Shown piece by piece: positions 20,387 to 28,672 of a DNA stretch of 49,023 bases. Below the pieces are notes generated by a model. The model was not told the origin of the DNA. It saw nothing but the letters and a program-made list of their open reading frames with translations, and did no database searches. Numbering within the stretch: position 1 is the stretch's first letter; every line of letters starts with the position of its first letter. The DNA is from an uncultured Bacilli bacterium (lineage in GTDB: Bacteria; Bacillota_I; Bacilli_A; RF39; UBA660): the NCBI GenBank assembly GCA_944350365.1, contig CALVOU010000004.1, positions 1-49,023 of the forward strand, in the 5' to 3' direction. A program made the translations under genes and the position numbers.

Positions 20387-20931
20387 GATACTGACACCGT
20401 CCCAAACGTAGTGGTTCTACCACCATTTAAAAAATTATCTAAAATAATTCTTAAATCTTCATTACTAGTCTGTCTAGCCATTAACCCTGCTTGAGCTAGA
20501 CCACTAATCAATGCTCTTACTTTCTTTTGAAGTAATTCCAAATTCTTTTCCTTAAATAAAATATAGTACTCCGTATCAACAACATTATTGTGCATGAAAA
20601 AATTTCCTTTTTGGATATCCTCATTAATAAGCTTTCGAATAGCGGGGTTCTGTTGATTTTGGTAAAGTAATTGAAGTTGTGATAAATAGATCGATATATC
20701 GACAGGTCTATCCGCCACAATTAACCAGAATTCATAATCAATTGTATTATAAAAATTTTTCAATGAGGTAATGATACTGTCTTGAGCTTCTCTTTCCAAG
20801 ATAAAGATGTTCCTAGGTGTGATTTTGACACCACTTACTTTTTCTTGATTAGGAAGAATAATCATCCCATTAGAGATAGATTGAATATTAATCCAATTTT
20901 CTGTCCATTTACTCTGATTCTGTTGACTCAT
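20383..20931 (-). CDS. T4SS accessory protein resembling the N-terminal part of VirB4/TraE (TrsD-like)
   Basis: TENWINIQSISNGMIIL..VKITPRNIFIL...QDSII..LKNFYNTID pattern; sits between PrgI and VirB4 with overlapping start/stop codons. Confidence 0.7.
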   Translation of the reverse strand: MSQQNQSKWTENWINIQSISNGMIILPNQEKVSGVKITPRNIFILEREAQDSIITSLKNFYNTIDYEFWLIVADRPVDISIYLSQLQLLYQNQQNPAIRKLINEDIQKGNFFMHNNVVDTEYYILFKEKNLELLQKKVRALISGLAQAGLMARQTSNEDLRIILDNFLNGGRTTTFGTVSVS

Positions 20932-21226
20932 CTAGAATACACCAACCTTTCCATATATATATTCTTCTATTAGTAAAAAACGTATAAATTTCAATTATTA
21001 ACTGTAGTATATTATGGTAATATGCAACTGGAGCTACTAATAAGGAACATACTATCCCTGGAGTTACAGATAAAACAGCCGCCCAAGTTTGTTCCATGGG
21101 CATTACTGCTACCAAAATTAATGTTACAAATATACCAACACCAAATATAATTAAATCAACTGGTCTAAACAAACCAAATATATACTGTCCTCTTTTTACG
21201 TTGGCTGGTATTAAAAAAGTATTCAT
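20909..21226 (-). CDS. PrgI/VirB3-like two-TM protein
   Basis: FLIPANVKRGQYIFGLF..DL, two TM helices, directly upstream of the VirB4 module. Confidence 0.75.
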   Translation of the reverse strand: MNTFLIPANVKRGQYIFGLFRPVDLIIFGVGIFVTLILVAVMPMEQTWAAVLSVTPGIVCSLLVAPVAYYHNILQLIIEIYTFFTNRRIYIWKGWCILDESTESE

Positions 21227-21244
21227 CTAATATCACACCTTTCT

Positions 21245-23098
21245 CTATCCATCCATATGACCTGGATCAAACATATCATCACTATTTACAGTTTTCGCTC
21301 CCTGATTATTCTCATTTCTGTCCGTATTGGTGGCATTTTGTGCATCTGCCGTTTTTGGTTCTTTTACTTTTGGGGTTATTGCATCACCAGTATAAGATCT
21401 ATATTTTTCTGGCTTAGAATGAATATTTGAAGCGATTTTTTCATTTAATTCATCTTTAGTAGTTATGCCTTTATTATAATTTTCTTTACCCCCACTATTT
21501 CTAATTGCTTGATATGTTGGTTTTTTACTATAATTATCCGCTGCTGTACTTTTTGGAACTAGACTATCACGAGCTGATTTTGCTTTTTCATAAGCATCTT
21601 TAGCATCAGAATATATTTGAGAAGCTGCTCTAGCATTTTGCTGTAAATTTCGCGCAATTTCTGGATCGTATTCATATTTTCCACTTTGTACGCCTGTTTG
21701 ATATTCAGCAAAAGCATCTTGTGCTCTTTGAGACTCTGTGCCATAAGCTTCCATTTCATTTTTTAATTCTTTAACATTTGAAGCAGACAATCCCAATTTA
21801 TCTGCCCTTTCGTCACCAGCTCTTGCAGTTGCTCGTTCGCTCAACCGAGTAGAAAGTCTATTTGCTAATCCACCCTTAGCATTTTTGTCACCTGTTCTAA
21901 GTTGAGCAGCTAAATCACTGCCTTTACCCCAACCAGCTGTTCCAGACTTTCCTTGGGCAGCGGCATCGGCATTTTCATTCATTGCCTGTGTTCCAGCCGT
22001 TAAAGCCCCTACTAAACCTGCACCACCAACTGCAGCTCCAGCGCCAGCAAGTACTCCACCTAAGCCAACGCCAAAGCCACCTCCTTCTTTTATACCAAGC
22101 GCTTTAGAGATAAACTTAGGCGCCTGCTTAGCGAAGAAAAACAAGCCTATAATTAAGAATACAATTAATACAAGTCGTCTAAAGAATGGAAGTGTAGCAC
22201 CTATACTTAGTCCGCCTTGAATAATTATCTCATCAAGTAAGTATAATACCAAATACAAGACTCCTAATTTTATAAAAAGATCCAACCAAGTAGATATAAG
22301 CAATTTAGTCCAAGAAGCAAAAGCACCATCCTTTGATGATTTAGGATCAATATAGCTAATAATAGGAATTGGTGCTATCATCCTCAATATCAATAATTTA
22401 AATGCTCGAATAGCTACATCAATCGCAATTCCTACTAATAAAACCGTCATAAGAATAGCAATTACCGCTCCTATAATGATTTTATACTGATATTTGAATT
22501 CAGAGTTATTGCCATCTGCTGGATCACTGATTACACTGGCAGCTCCCTCAACGGTATTAATACATGTGCTAGAATCACTCGGATCCGGACACATCAGATC
22601 AGCATCTCCCTCACCCAAAGATAGTTGAAAAACTGACCAACTAACAGAATCAGATATACCATCCATCTCTTCTCCCGTCGACTCTGTACTAGTATTACGA
22701 CCAATTATAATACGTGGTAAAGCTTCTAATAAATCTTCTTGTACACTTTGCATTAAATTAAATACAGCGGGAAAACCAATTAACATAATTAAAACCACTA
22801 CTGTTCTAGTTACCATTTTACCCATACCTTTTTCTTTATCCGCTATTTTGTCAGGGCTTACTAAATAACTTAGTAATGAGACAGTAACTTTAAAAAGCAT
22901 GAAAATTCCTAAAAATATATAAATCCTATTTTGTAAGCTATCAAAAACACCATCCTGAACAATATCGGCATTAGCAATATCAAAAATAACTTGCAATATC
23001 CACCCAAACACGGTAAAAGCAATAGAGTCTATGAACGCAAAAAAATCACGCAATGCAGTAGTAATCAGATTTCTTGATAAACCGAAAAAAATTAGCAT
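21245..23098 (-). CDS. VirB6/TrbL-like polytopic membrane protein with a long hydrophilic C-terminus
   Basis: About 6-7 TMs; IRAFKLLILRMIAPIPIISY...F.SW.K motif; Gly/Ala-rich segment then coiled coil; canonical position between pilin and PrgI. Confidence 0.78.
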   Translation of the reverse strand: MLIFFGLSRNLITTALRDFFAFIDSIAFTVFGWILQVIFDIANADIVQDGVFDSLQNRIYIFLGIFMLFKVTVSLLSYLVSPDKIADKEKGMGKMVTRTVVVLIMLIGFPAVFNLMQSVQEDLLEALPRIIIGRNTSTESTGEEMDGISDSVSWSVFQLSLGEGDADLMCPDPSDSSTCINTVEGAASVISDPADGNNSEFKYQYKIIIGAVIAILMTVLLVGIAIDVAIRAFKLLILRMIAPIPIISYIDPKSSKDGAFASWTKLLISTWLDLFIKLGVLYLVLYLLDEIIIQGGLSIGATLPFFRRLVLIVFLIIGLFFFAKQAPKFISKALGIKEGGGFGVGLGGVLAGAGAAVGGAGLVGALTAGTQAMNENADAAAQGKSGTAGWGKGSDLAAQLRTGDKNAKGGLANRLSTRLSERATARAGDERADKLGLSASNVKELKNEMEAYGTESQRAQDAFAEYQTGVQSGKYEYDPEIARNLQQNARAASQIYSDAKDAYEKAKSARDSLVPKSTAADNYSKKPTYQAIRNSGGKENYNKGITTKDELNEKIASNIHSKPEKYRSYTGDAITPKVKEPKTADAQNATNTDRNENNQGAKTVNSDDMFDPGHMDG

Positions 23099-23111
23099 AT
23101 TACACCTCCTT

Positions 23112-24629
23112 CTATTTTATACCGCACATAGGGTCGACACCTGTACCATCTACATAGTGAAGTATATAACTTAATATTGTTGGAACAAAGAAAATCGCAA
23201 TACATACAATGGCTCTTTTTATAAATTTACTTCCCGCTTTTTTTAGTGCATCTTTATCATCTAATAGTACAGCTTGCCCAAAATCAACACTTCCTAATAC
23301 AATAAGTATAATTGGTGCAGCTATTTTTACATATCCAAAAATCTTATCAATTGTAGATAATAATTTATCTCCTAATAATCCTTCACAATCTAGTCCATCA
23401 TAAGGATCGCCAAGAGCAATACTACTAATTTTATTTTTAAATTTTTCAAAGCTATTATCAATCAAATCATTTATTTGATCATTTTTTTGATTAAGATTAT
23501 CCAATATATCATCTTTATCTGAGTCATCAATAGCATTAGCAGCCTCTACACACTTTTGGGCCTTTTCTTTTGCATCATCATTTAAATTAATTGCCTTCTG
23601 TTTTAGCTCTTGAATCTTTTTGTCAAAAGAATTTATAATTTTTTCGTTTACTTGTTCATCGGATAATGAAAATTTACAATTCGAATAATTGTTTTTGACA
23701 CTTGCTCGAATATTTTCAATTTCATTTGCATTTAGATTATAACTATCAATATTTTTGATGAGATCTTCAATTGCATTTAATGGGCCATTACAATAACTTT
23801 CTATCTTATTTTTGTCAGTATAATCACTAGGATCGAACGATTCTTTATTAATTAGTCTTTGTAAATTTACTATTTTTTCATTAATATCCGATGTAATCTT
23901 ACTATCGTTTACTACCTTATTAATTAAGCTATTAATTTCATTTTCATCTATAGTACATTGACGATTTTCAATTGCATCATAACCACCTGTATCTTTACCA
24001 TGACAAATTGATAAAGGTTTTGTCACACCACTAATCCAACTAAAAACTTTACTACCATTACAGTCAATCGAACTTGGCATCGTTGTTAAAAGAGTACCAG
24101 TTATGTTTTGGGCAACATATATTTTAGGGCAATATCCTTCAGAGGTTAATTTAATGCTTACATTACAATTGGTTCCGGTACAGCCATTATCTAAAACGTC
24201 ATGAACTCGTTCTTTTTCCCAGCCAAATGCATTTTTCATTGTCGATAGGAATTTTTCACTATTACGGTCACCTTTAAAAAGTGGACCACTTATCCAAGTA
24301 TTCTTTCCTGTTTTATCCAAAATTTCTTCTACATCGTTTTGGCTTAATGTTAAGTTTCTTACACTAGATTCAAAACACTCATCATCTTCTACAGTGCCAT
24401 TAAAATCAGAGTCCGTGCAGTCTCTACTGGTACCAGTTGATAATACTAATTCATCATTTTCATTTACAGAAAATTGTATTTTAGAATAGTTGCCATCAAT
24501 CTCCGTGTTTAGGTCATACTCATATGTACAAGTAGTAGGTTTAGCCTCTACCCTATCTCCCAATAAAAAAAAGAAAGCAAAAAAACATAAAATTAAACTT
24601 ATTCTATTCATTATTATTTTTTTATTCAT
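23112..24629 (-). CDS. Large Cys-rich secreted domain fused to a C-terminal VirB2/TrbC-like pilin domain
   Basis: Signal peptide ending VEA-K. The last about 90 aa (CEGLLG..APIILIVLGSVDFGQAV..DDKDALKKAGSKFIKRAI..IFFVPTIL) align with the neighbouring 113-aa pilin. Start reassigned to ATG 24629. Confidence 0.8.
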   Translation of the reverse strand: MNKKIIMNRISLILCFFAFFFLLGDRVEAKPTTCTYEYDLNTEIDGNYSKIQFSVNENDELVLSTGTSRDCTDSDFNGTVEDDECFESSVRNLTLSQNDVEEILDKTGKNTWISGPLFKGDRNSEKFLSTMKNAFGWEKERVHDVLDNGCTGTNCNVSIKLTSEGYCPKIYVAQNITGTLLTTMPSSIDCNGSKVFSWISGVTKPLSICHGKDTGGYDAIENRQCTIDENEINSLINKVVNDSKITSDINEKIVNLQRLINKESFDPSDYTDKNKIESYCNGPLNAIEDLIKNIDSYNLNANEIENIRASVKNNYSNCKFSLSDEQVNEKIINSFDKKIQELKQKAINLNDDAKEKAQKCVEAANAIDDSDKDDILDNLNQKNDQINDLIDNSFEKFKNKISSIALGDPYDGLDCEGLLGDKLLSTIDKIFGYVKIAAPIILIVLGSVDFGQAVLLDDKDALKKAGSKFIKRAIVCIAIFFVPTILSYILHYVDGTGVDPMCGIK

Positions 24630-24661
24630 AATATTCCCCACCAAACACATTTACTAACATT

Positions 24662-24670
24662 ATTATAGCA
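24662..24670 (-). promoter_or_regulatory. Extended -10 promoter upstream of the pilin-fusion/VirB6 genes
   Basis: TGcTATAAT on the minus strand; poor -35. Confidence 0.55.
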
Positions 24671-24720
24671 TAAAAAAAATAATAACAAAATATAATTTTG
24701 CTATTATCGTATATACTTTA

Positions 24721-25062
24721 TTAGTCTAGATTATTCCAGCAATCTTTCCATGACTCTGTTCCACCAACACTATCAGAATCGGTAGCACCAGAGCTAGAGA
24801 ATAATCCCATCAATAAAGACACAATTGTTGCAACAAAGAATACTGCAACAGCTGCAATCGCACGTTTAATTAATTTACTGGTTGCGCCTTTAATCTCTTT
24901 ATCATCACTCGACATAACAGCTTTTCCTAGGTCAATAGATCCCATAAGAATTAACAAAATAGGAATACCTATTTGGATGATTGGGTAAACACCATTTTTA
25001 ATAAATTTAAAAACAGGAACCAAGTCAGATGGGCAAGTCAATATTTCTACTAAATCAAACAT
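24721..25062 (-). CDS. VirB2/TrbC-like T4SS pilin (probable major subunit)
   Basis: 113 aa: two hydrophobic helices separated by the charged loop SSDDKEIKGATSKLIKR; Cys near each end; RBS GAGGAGG. Confidence 0.8.
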   Translation of the reverse strand: MFDLVEILTCPSDLVPVFKFIKNGVYPIIQIGIPILLILMGSIDLGKAVMSSDDKEIKGATSKLIKRAIAAVAVFFVATIVSLLMGLFSSSGATDSDSVGGTESWKDCWNNLD

Positions 25063-25089
25063 CGTATTTCCTCCTCTTAATATAAGTCA

Positions 25090-25118
25090 ATCATATATCA
25101 AATTATTTATATAGTCAA
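25090..25118 (-). promoter_or_regulatory. Internal SigA promoter for the VirB2-like pilin
   Basis: TTGACT-17 bp-TATGAT. Confidence 0.7.
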
Positions 25119-25161
25119 TATTTATTTACAAATTTTTACATGGAGTACCTTATTAACTAGT

Positions 25162-26157
25162 TTAACCAACACTATATGTACTAATTCCTAAACGATTTAA
25201 TAGATCCGTTAGTACTTCAGAGTTATTCGCTCTCTCATCTAGCGGTGGTAAGTTAAAGAACACTTTCGTTCTTGCTTCATACTCAAATTCGGTAATATCT
25301 TGATTAGTTAATAGACTCTTGGCTAAAACTATTTTTTTACCACGCAAATTTTCAAAGACTTTTCTATCACGACGAATCAATTTATTTAATTTTATCGTAG
25401 AAGGTTCTACTAAATAAATAATGTCTGTACATAGTTCAACATTTCCGTCATTATTCAAATCAACTAAAACTACTGCAGCATCGCGATGTTTTAATAACTC
25501 TGGGGCTAAATTTTCCTTATTTACAGAAATTAAACTTTTATCGTTGATATAAATAAAATCTCTTCTTCCCACTTCAATAGCAACTACTCTTTTTCCCAAT
25601 TGTTCTAATTCTTTTTTTAATAAGTAGGTCAACATAGTTGCCCCAGCATGATCAGTTAAATTTTTAATTCCTAAAATAAACGCACCACCACTTACTACAT
25701 TATTGATTACAGTTGCTCCCATATCACCTGTCACAACCGGTGCAATTGGTGTTGTAGTACCAGTACCACCGCCAACATCAATTTGATGGAGATGCGCAAC
25801 ATCACGATAAGTATTTGGATTAGTCAGTAAATAGTTAACACCATCTAAATTGGTAGTAAAATTATAGATTCCCATTGAGATCAATCTGGATAAAAACTGC
25901 GGAGCTAGGCACTCTGGGGTGTCTGGTAAAAGAATAATAATTTTTTCTACATCTAACGCCATAGAAAGTTTCTGGAGATTACGAATATCTTGATAGTCTT
26001 TTAACGCTGTTAAATCTAGAATCATTCTCCCATAGAAAAAATTACTGAACATATTAACCAATTCATCGGCATCAAAAACCCCATGAATGGATTTAATTAC
26101 TTCTATATCTAAATTAGCAAGCTCTGCCTGCCTTTCATTAGATATGATTACATTCAT
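25162..26157 (-). CDS. CpaE/TadZ-like protein (receiver-like domain + degenerate MinD/ParA ATPase)
   Basis: N-terminal alpha/beta domain, G/T/P linker, then ILGIKNLTDHAGATMLT (deviant P-loop without Lys), VVAIE, VVLVDL; Tad gene context. Confidence 0.65.
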   Translation of the reverse strand: MNVIISNERQAELANLDIEVIKSIHGVFDADELVNMFSNFFYGRMILDLTALKDYQDIRNLQKLSMALDVEKIIILLPDTPECLAPQFLSRLISMGIYNFTTNLDGVNYLLTNPNTYRDVAHLHQIDVGGGTGTTTPIAPVVTGDMGATVINNVVSGGAFILGIKNLTDHAGATMLTYLLKKELEQLGKRVVAIEVGRRDFIYINDKSLISVNKENLAPELLKHRDAAVVLVDLNNDGNVELCTDIIYLVEPSTIKLNKLIRRDRKVFENLRGKKIVLAKSLLTNQDITEFEYEARTKVFFNLPPLDERANNSEVLTDLLNRLGISTYSVG

Positions 26158-26184
26158 CTAAATCACCTTTCTTCTCTATTTTGT

Positions 26185-26724
26185 CTAAGATGGATCTACG
26201 ATAGCTCCTCCTGTTGAACTTCCGCCGGTTTCTGAGTTGTTTCCAGATGAGAAGATCAATGAGGTCTCTCCTTCTACTCTAAATAATCCTGCTGTTACTG
26301 GTAATAGTTTATTGATAATTGGAATATCCATATCGACAAAAGTGGCTATTGAATAATAGGAACCTTGATATTTATTAGTAGCCTCTGTATCCCCTGTAAC
26401 ATCTACTTTTTCATGTTTATAGCAAAAATTACCAATTTCTGACTCGAATACTTCATAACCATTATTTTTACACCATGTACTATAACCTTCATGATGCAAA
26501 TGATAGTTCACACTTTTCATATATTGCACAATTTGAGTTGCCGCATTATTATTTACACCATTAGCATTCATTAGTCCTTCATTTTTTTCAATAATACTAA
26601 TGATTTCATTTTTTACACGGAAAGCCTTCGTATAGTTTACAGAGAATGCAAGATAACCATTTACTATCAACATAAATATTACAATAATTTGAAGAGACAT
26701 TGCTCCACTAATTGCATCTTTCAC
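26185..26724 (-). CDS. TadE-like minor pilin
   Basis: GTG start. Short leader MKDAISG, hydrophobic helix, amphipathic helix (KAFRVKNEIISIIE), Cys pair; follows the Flp-like pilin. Confidence 0.65.
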   Translation of the reverse strand: MKDAISGAMSLQIIVIFMLIVNGYLAFSVNYTKAFRVKNEIISIIEKNEGLMNANGVNNNAATQIVQYMKSVNYHLHHEGYSTWCKNNGYEVFESEIGNFCYKHEKVDVTGDTEATNKYQGSYYSIATFVDMDIPIINKLLPVTAGLFRVEGETSLIFSSGNNSETGGSSTGGAIVDPS

Positions 26725-26757
26725 ACTATCACCACTCTATTCTTTATTTTGTTAGTT

Positions 26758-26916
26758 TTATTCTACTTGTACATTATCAGTATTACTAATATTATCCCAT
26801 TGATCAGTGATAGCATTCTTAATTTGTGGCCACATAAACCAGAAAAAAGCTACAATTGCACCAATGGCAATAATCGTTACAACTGTCATATTTAATTCAC
26901 CTGTTGCTTCTTTCAT
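26758..26916 (-). CDS. Flp-like major pilin, 52 aa (absent from the ORF track)
   Basis: MKEATGELNMTVVTIIAIGAIVAFFWFMWPQIKNAITDQWDNISNTDNVQVE. RBS AAGGAGG, its own promoter, located between tadC and tadE-like genes. Confidence 0.8.
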   Translation of the reverse strand: MKEATGELNMTVVTIIAIGAIVAFFWFMWPQIKNAITDQWDNISNTDNVQVE

Positions 26917-26938
26917 TCCTTATCTCCTCCTTATTATC

Positions 26939-26967
26939 ATTATAACATATAAACATTCATTATCCAA
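26939..26967 (-). promoter_or_regulatory. Internal SigA promoter for the Flp-like pilin
   Basis: TTGGAT-17 bp-TATAAT with extended TG (TGtTATAAT). Confidence 0.72.
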
Positions 26968-26977
26968 TATTTTTAAA

Positions 26978-27775
26978 TTAAATACTTGAGAACATGTAAA
27001 TCATAGCAATCAAAATTAGAACCATAACTCCACCACCTGTTGCTACTAACATAATCATGGTTTGACTCTCCATGTAATTTAATCGCTCTTTATATTTTTG
27101 ATCACGCGCTTTGGCTTGTAGATTAGAAACCGTTCTAGAAAACATCAATAAACGCTCTTGTTTTCTTTCTTGAGAACCAAGTCCTAAACGATATAAAAGT
27201 CTCATCATTCGCATCGAATCTCTAACCGGATACTCGTTAGCAAAATCCATATAAGGATCTATACTAGAATCCCCAGCATCAATTTTAGCAATTAATTCTC
27301 TAAGTCCTGGTTTAAAGATATCTGGCGCTTCTTCAATCGATTTAGCAATAGCAACTGGTACCGTATAATGTTGAACTAGAATTTCTAATCCCTTTAAATA
27401 ATATGGCAACATCACGTCAATATCATGTAAATGTTTTTTATAATATTTTTTTAATGAATTATAGCGTGATTTAAATACTAAGTATCCTACTACAATCGAT
27501 AATACAATATTTATCGTATTTAATTCAGATAAAAAGATAACTAAGAAAGCAACAATAGCGATAAATCCTTCTTTTAATCGTTTATTGTACAAAACATTAG
27601 CATCTACTTTATCTCCGTATTTAGCAGCCACCAAGAAGTCAAAATCGTCTTCTTTTAACATCCCTAGAGCCGCTTCATTGTCCTTAAAAAATTTTTTACC
27701 ATCTACGACATTATTATATAGTAATACAGCTAAAACAATCACTCCACATAGAACCACTTCCATATTATTCAGCAC
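26978..27775 (-). CDS. TadC-like (T2SS F-domain) pilus platform protein
   Basis: TMs plus LPYYLKGLEILVQHYTVPVAIAKSIEEAP F-domain pattern and a C-terminal TM; second of the two platform genes after the ATPase. Confidence 0.75.
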   Translation of the reverse strand: MLNNMEVVLCGVIVLAVLLYNNVVDGKKFFKDNEAALGMLKEDDFDFLVAAKYGDKVDANVLYNKRLKEGFIAIVAFLVIFLSELNTINIVLSIVVGYLVFKSRYNSLKKYYKKHLHDIDVMLPYYLKGLEILVQHYTVPVAIAKSIEEAPDIFKPGLRELIAKIDAGDSSIDPYMDFANEYPVRDSMRMMRLLYRLGLGSQERKQERLLMFSRTVSNLQAKARDQKYKERLNYMESQTMIMLVATGGGVMVLILIAMIYMFSSI

Positions 27776-28658
27776 CTACATTCTCGTTATAATATTTTTC
27801 ACCTTTGAGGAGAAAATAACTATTGACTAGCAGTACCGCATGTAAGATAACTACCATAAACGGATTAGATAAAATCGATATATAAGTATCCCTACCTAAT
27901 AAGTATTGAACTAGCATGACCAATAAGTATAGCATAACTCCATATTTTAAGAAACTCTTATGGAAAGTTGCCCTATCCATCCTATCACGGTAAACACTCT
28001 CTACTAGCATATCGATATCTAATTGCATATTTTCTAATGATTCTCCTGAATCCTTAGCGCCTTCTTTCGTAATCTGTAAAAACAGTTGGTGCATATTTTT
28101 TACGATATAGTATGGATATTTACTAGACATAAATTCAATGGACTCATCAATAGAACCATTTTGATAAGCAAGAGAAATCATCATGTTTACATCACTTAAG
28201 ACTGGCTCTTCTAATACGCCTGAAGCAACGACACCTTCTAAGGCTTTTACAAAACTCTGTGTAGTTGCAAATTCCATAATTGTATTGGTTGTATAAATTT
28301 GAACCTGTTCAAAGATATATTCACTATATACTCTTTTACAGCGCAAGAAAGCAAGATATGGGATCACAGATACTGCCAAAATTACATAGATAATGGAGAT
28401 CAAAACATTGTAAAAATACATATATGTAATTACTGCAGTAAAAATAGCAAAAGTCGCAATCTGAATTGCATATTGTTTAACAGTGTATTCCTGTCCTAAT
28501 TCTTTCGTTTTTTCTCGCACTACTTTAAAAGAATAGGGGGCAAATTTATCGTAAACTACAGCTGCTTGTTCAGTCATAAACTTATAGACATTTTGACCCT
28601 TATAAGAACGATATAACATAACAAATATCGCTATAATAAGAAGAATGATTAATTCCAT
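27765..28658 (-). CDS. TadB-like pilus platform protein
   Basis: Multi-TM protein with cytoplasmic F-domain (SFVKALE..); immediately downstream of TadA/CpaF. Confidence 0.75.
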   Translation of the reverse strand: MELIILLIIAIFVMLYRSYKGQNVYKFMTEQAAVVYDKFAPYSFKVVREKTKELGQEYTVKQYAIQIATFAIFTAVITYMYFYNVLISIIYVILAVSVIPYLAFLRCKRVYSEYIFEQVQIYTTNTIMEFATTQSFVKALEGVVASGVLEEPVLSDVNMMISLAYQNGSIDESIEFMSSKYPYYIVKNMHQLFLQITKEGAKDSGESLENMQLDIDMLVESVYRDRMDRATFHKSFLKYGVMLYLLVMLVQYLLGRDTYISILSNPFMVVILHAVLLVNSYFLLKGEKYYNENVGAE

Positions 28659-28672
28659 ATTTTCACCACCTT

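Noticed and set aside
26689-26989. Plus-strand ORFs 26689-26895 and 26807-26989
   Set aside because: Antisense to the real minus-strand Flp-like pilin, which has the RBS, promoter and gene context.
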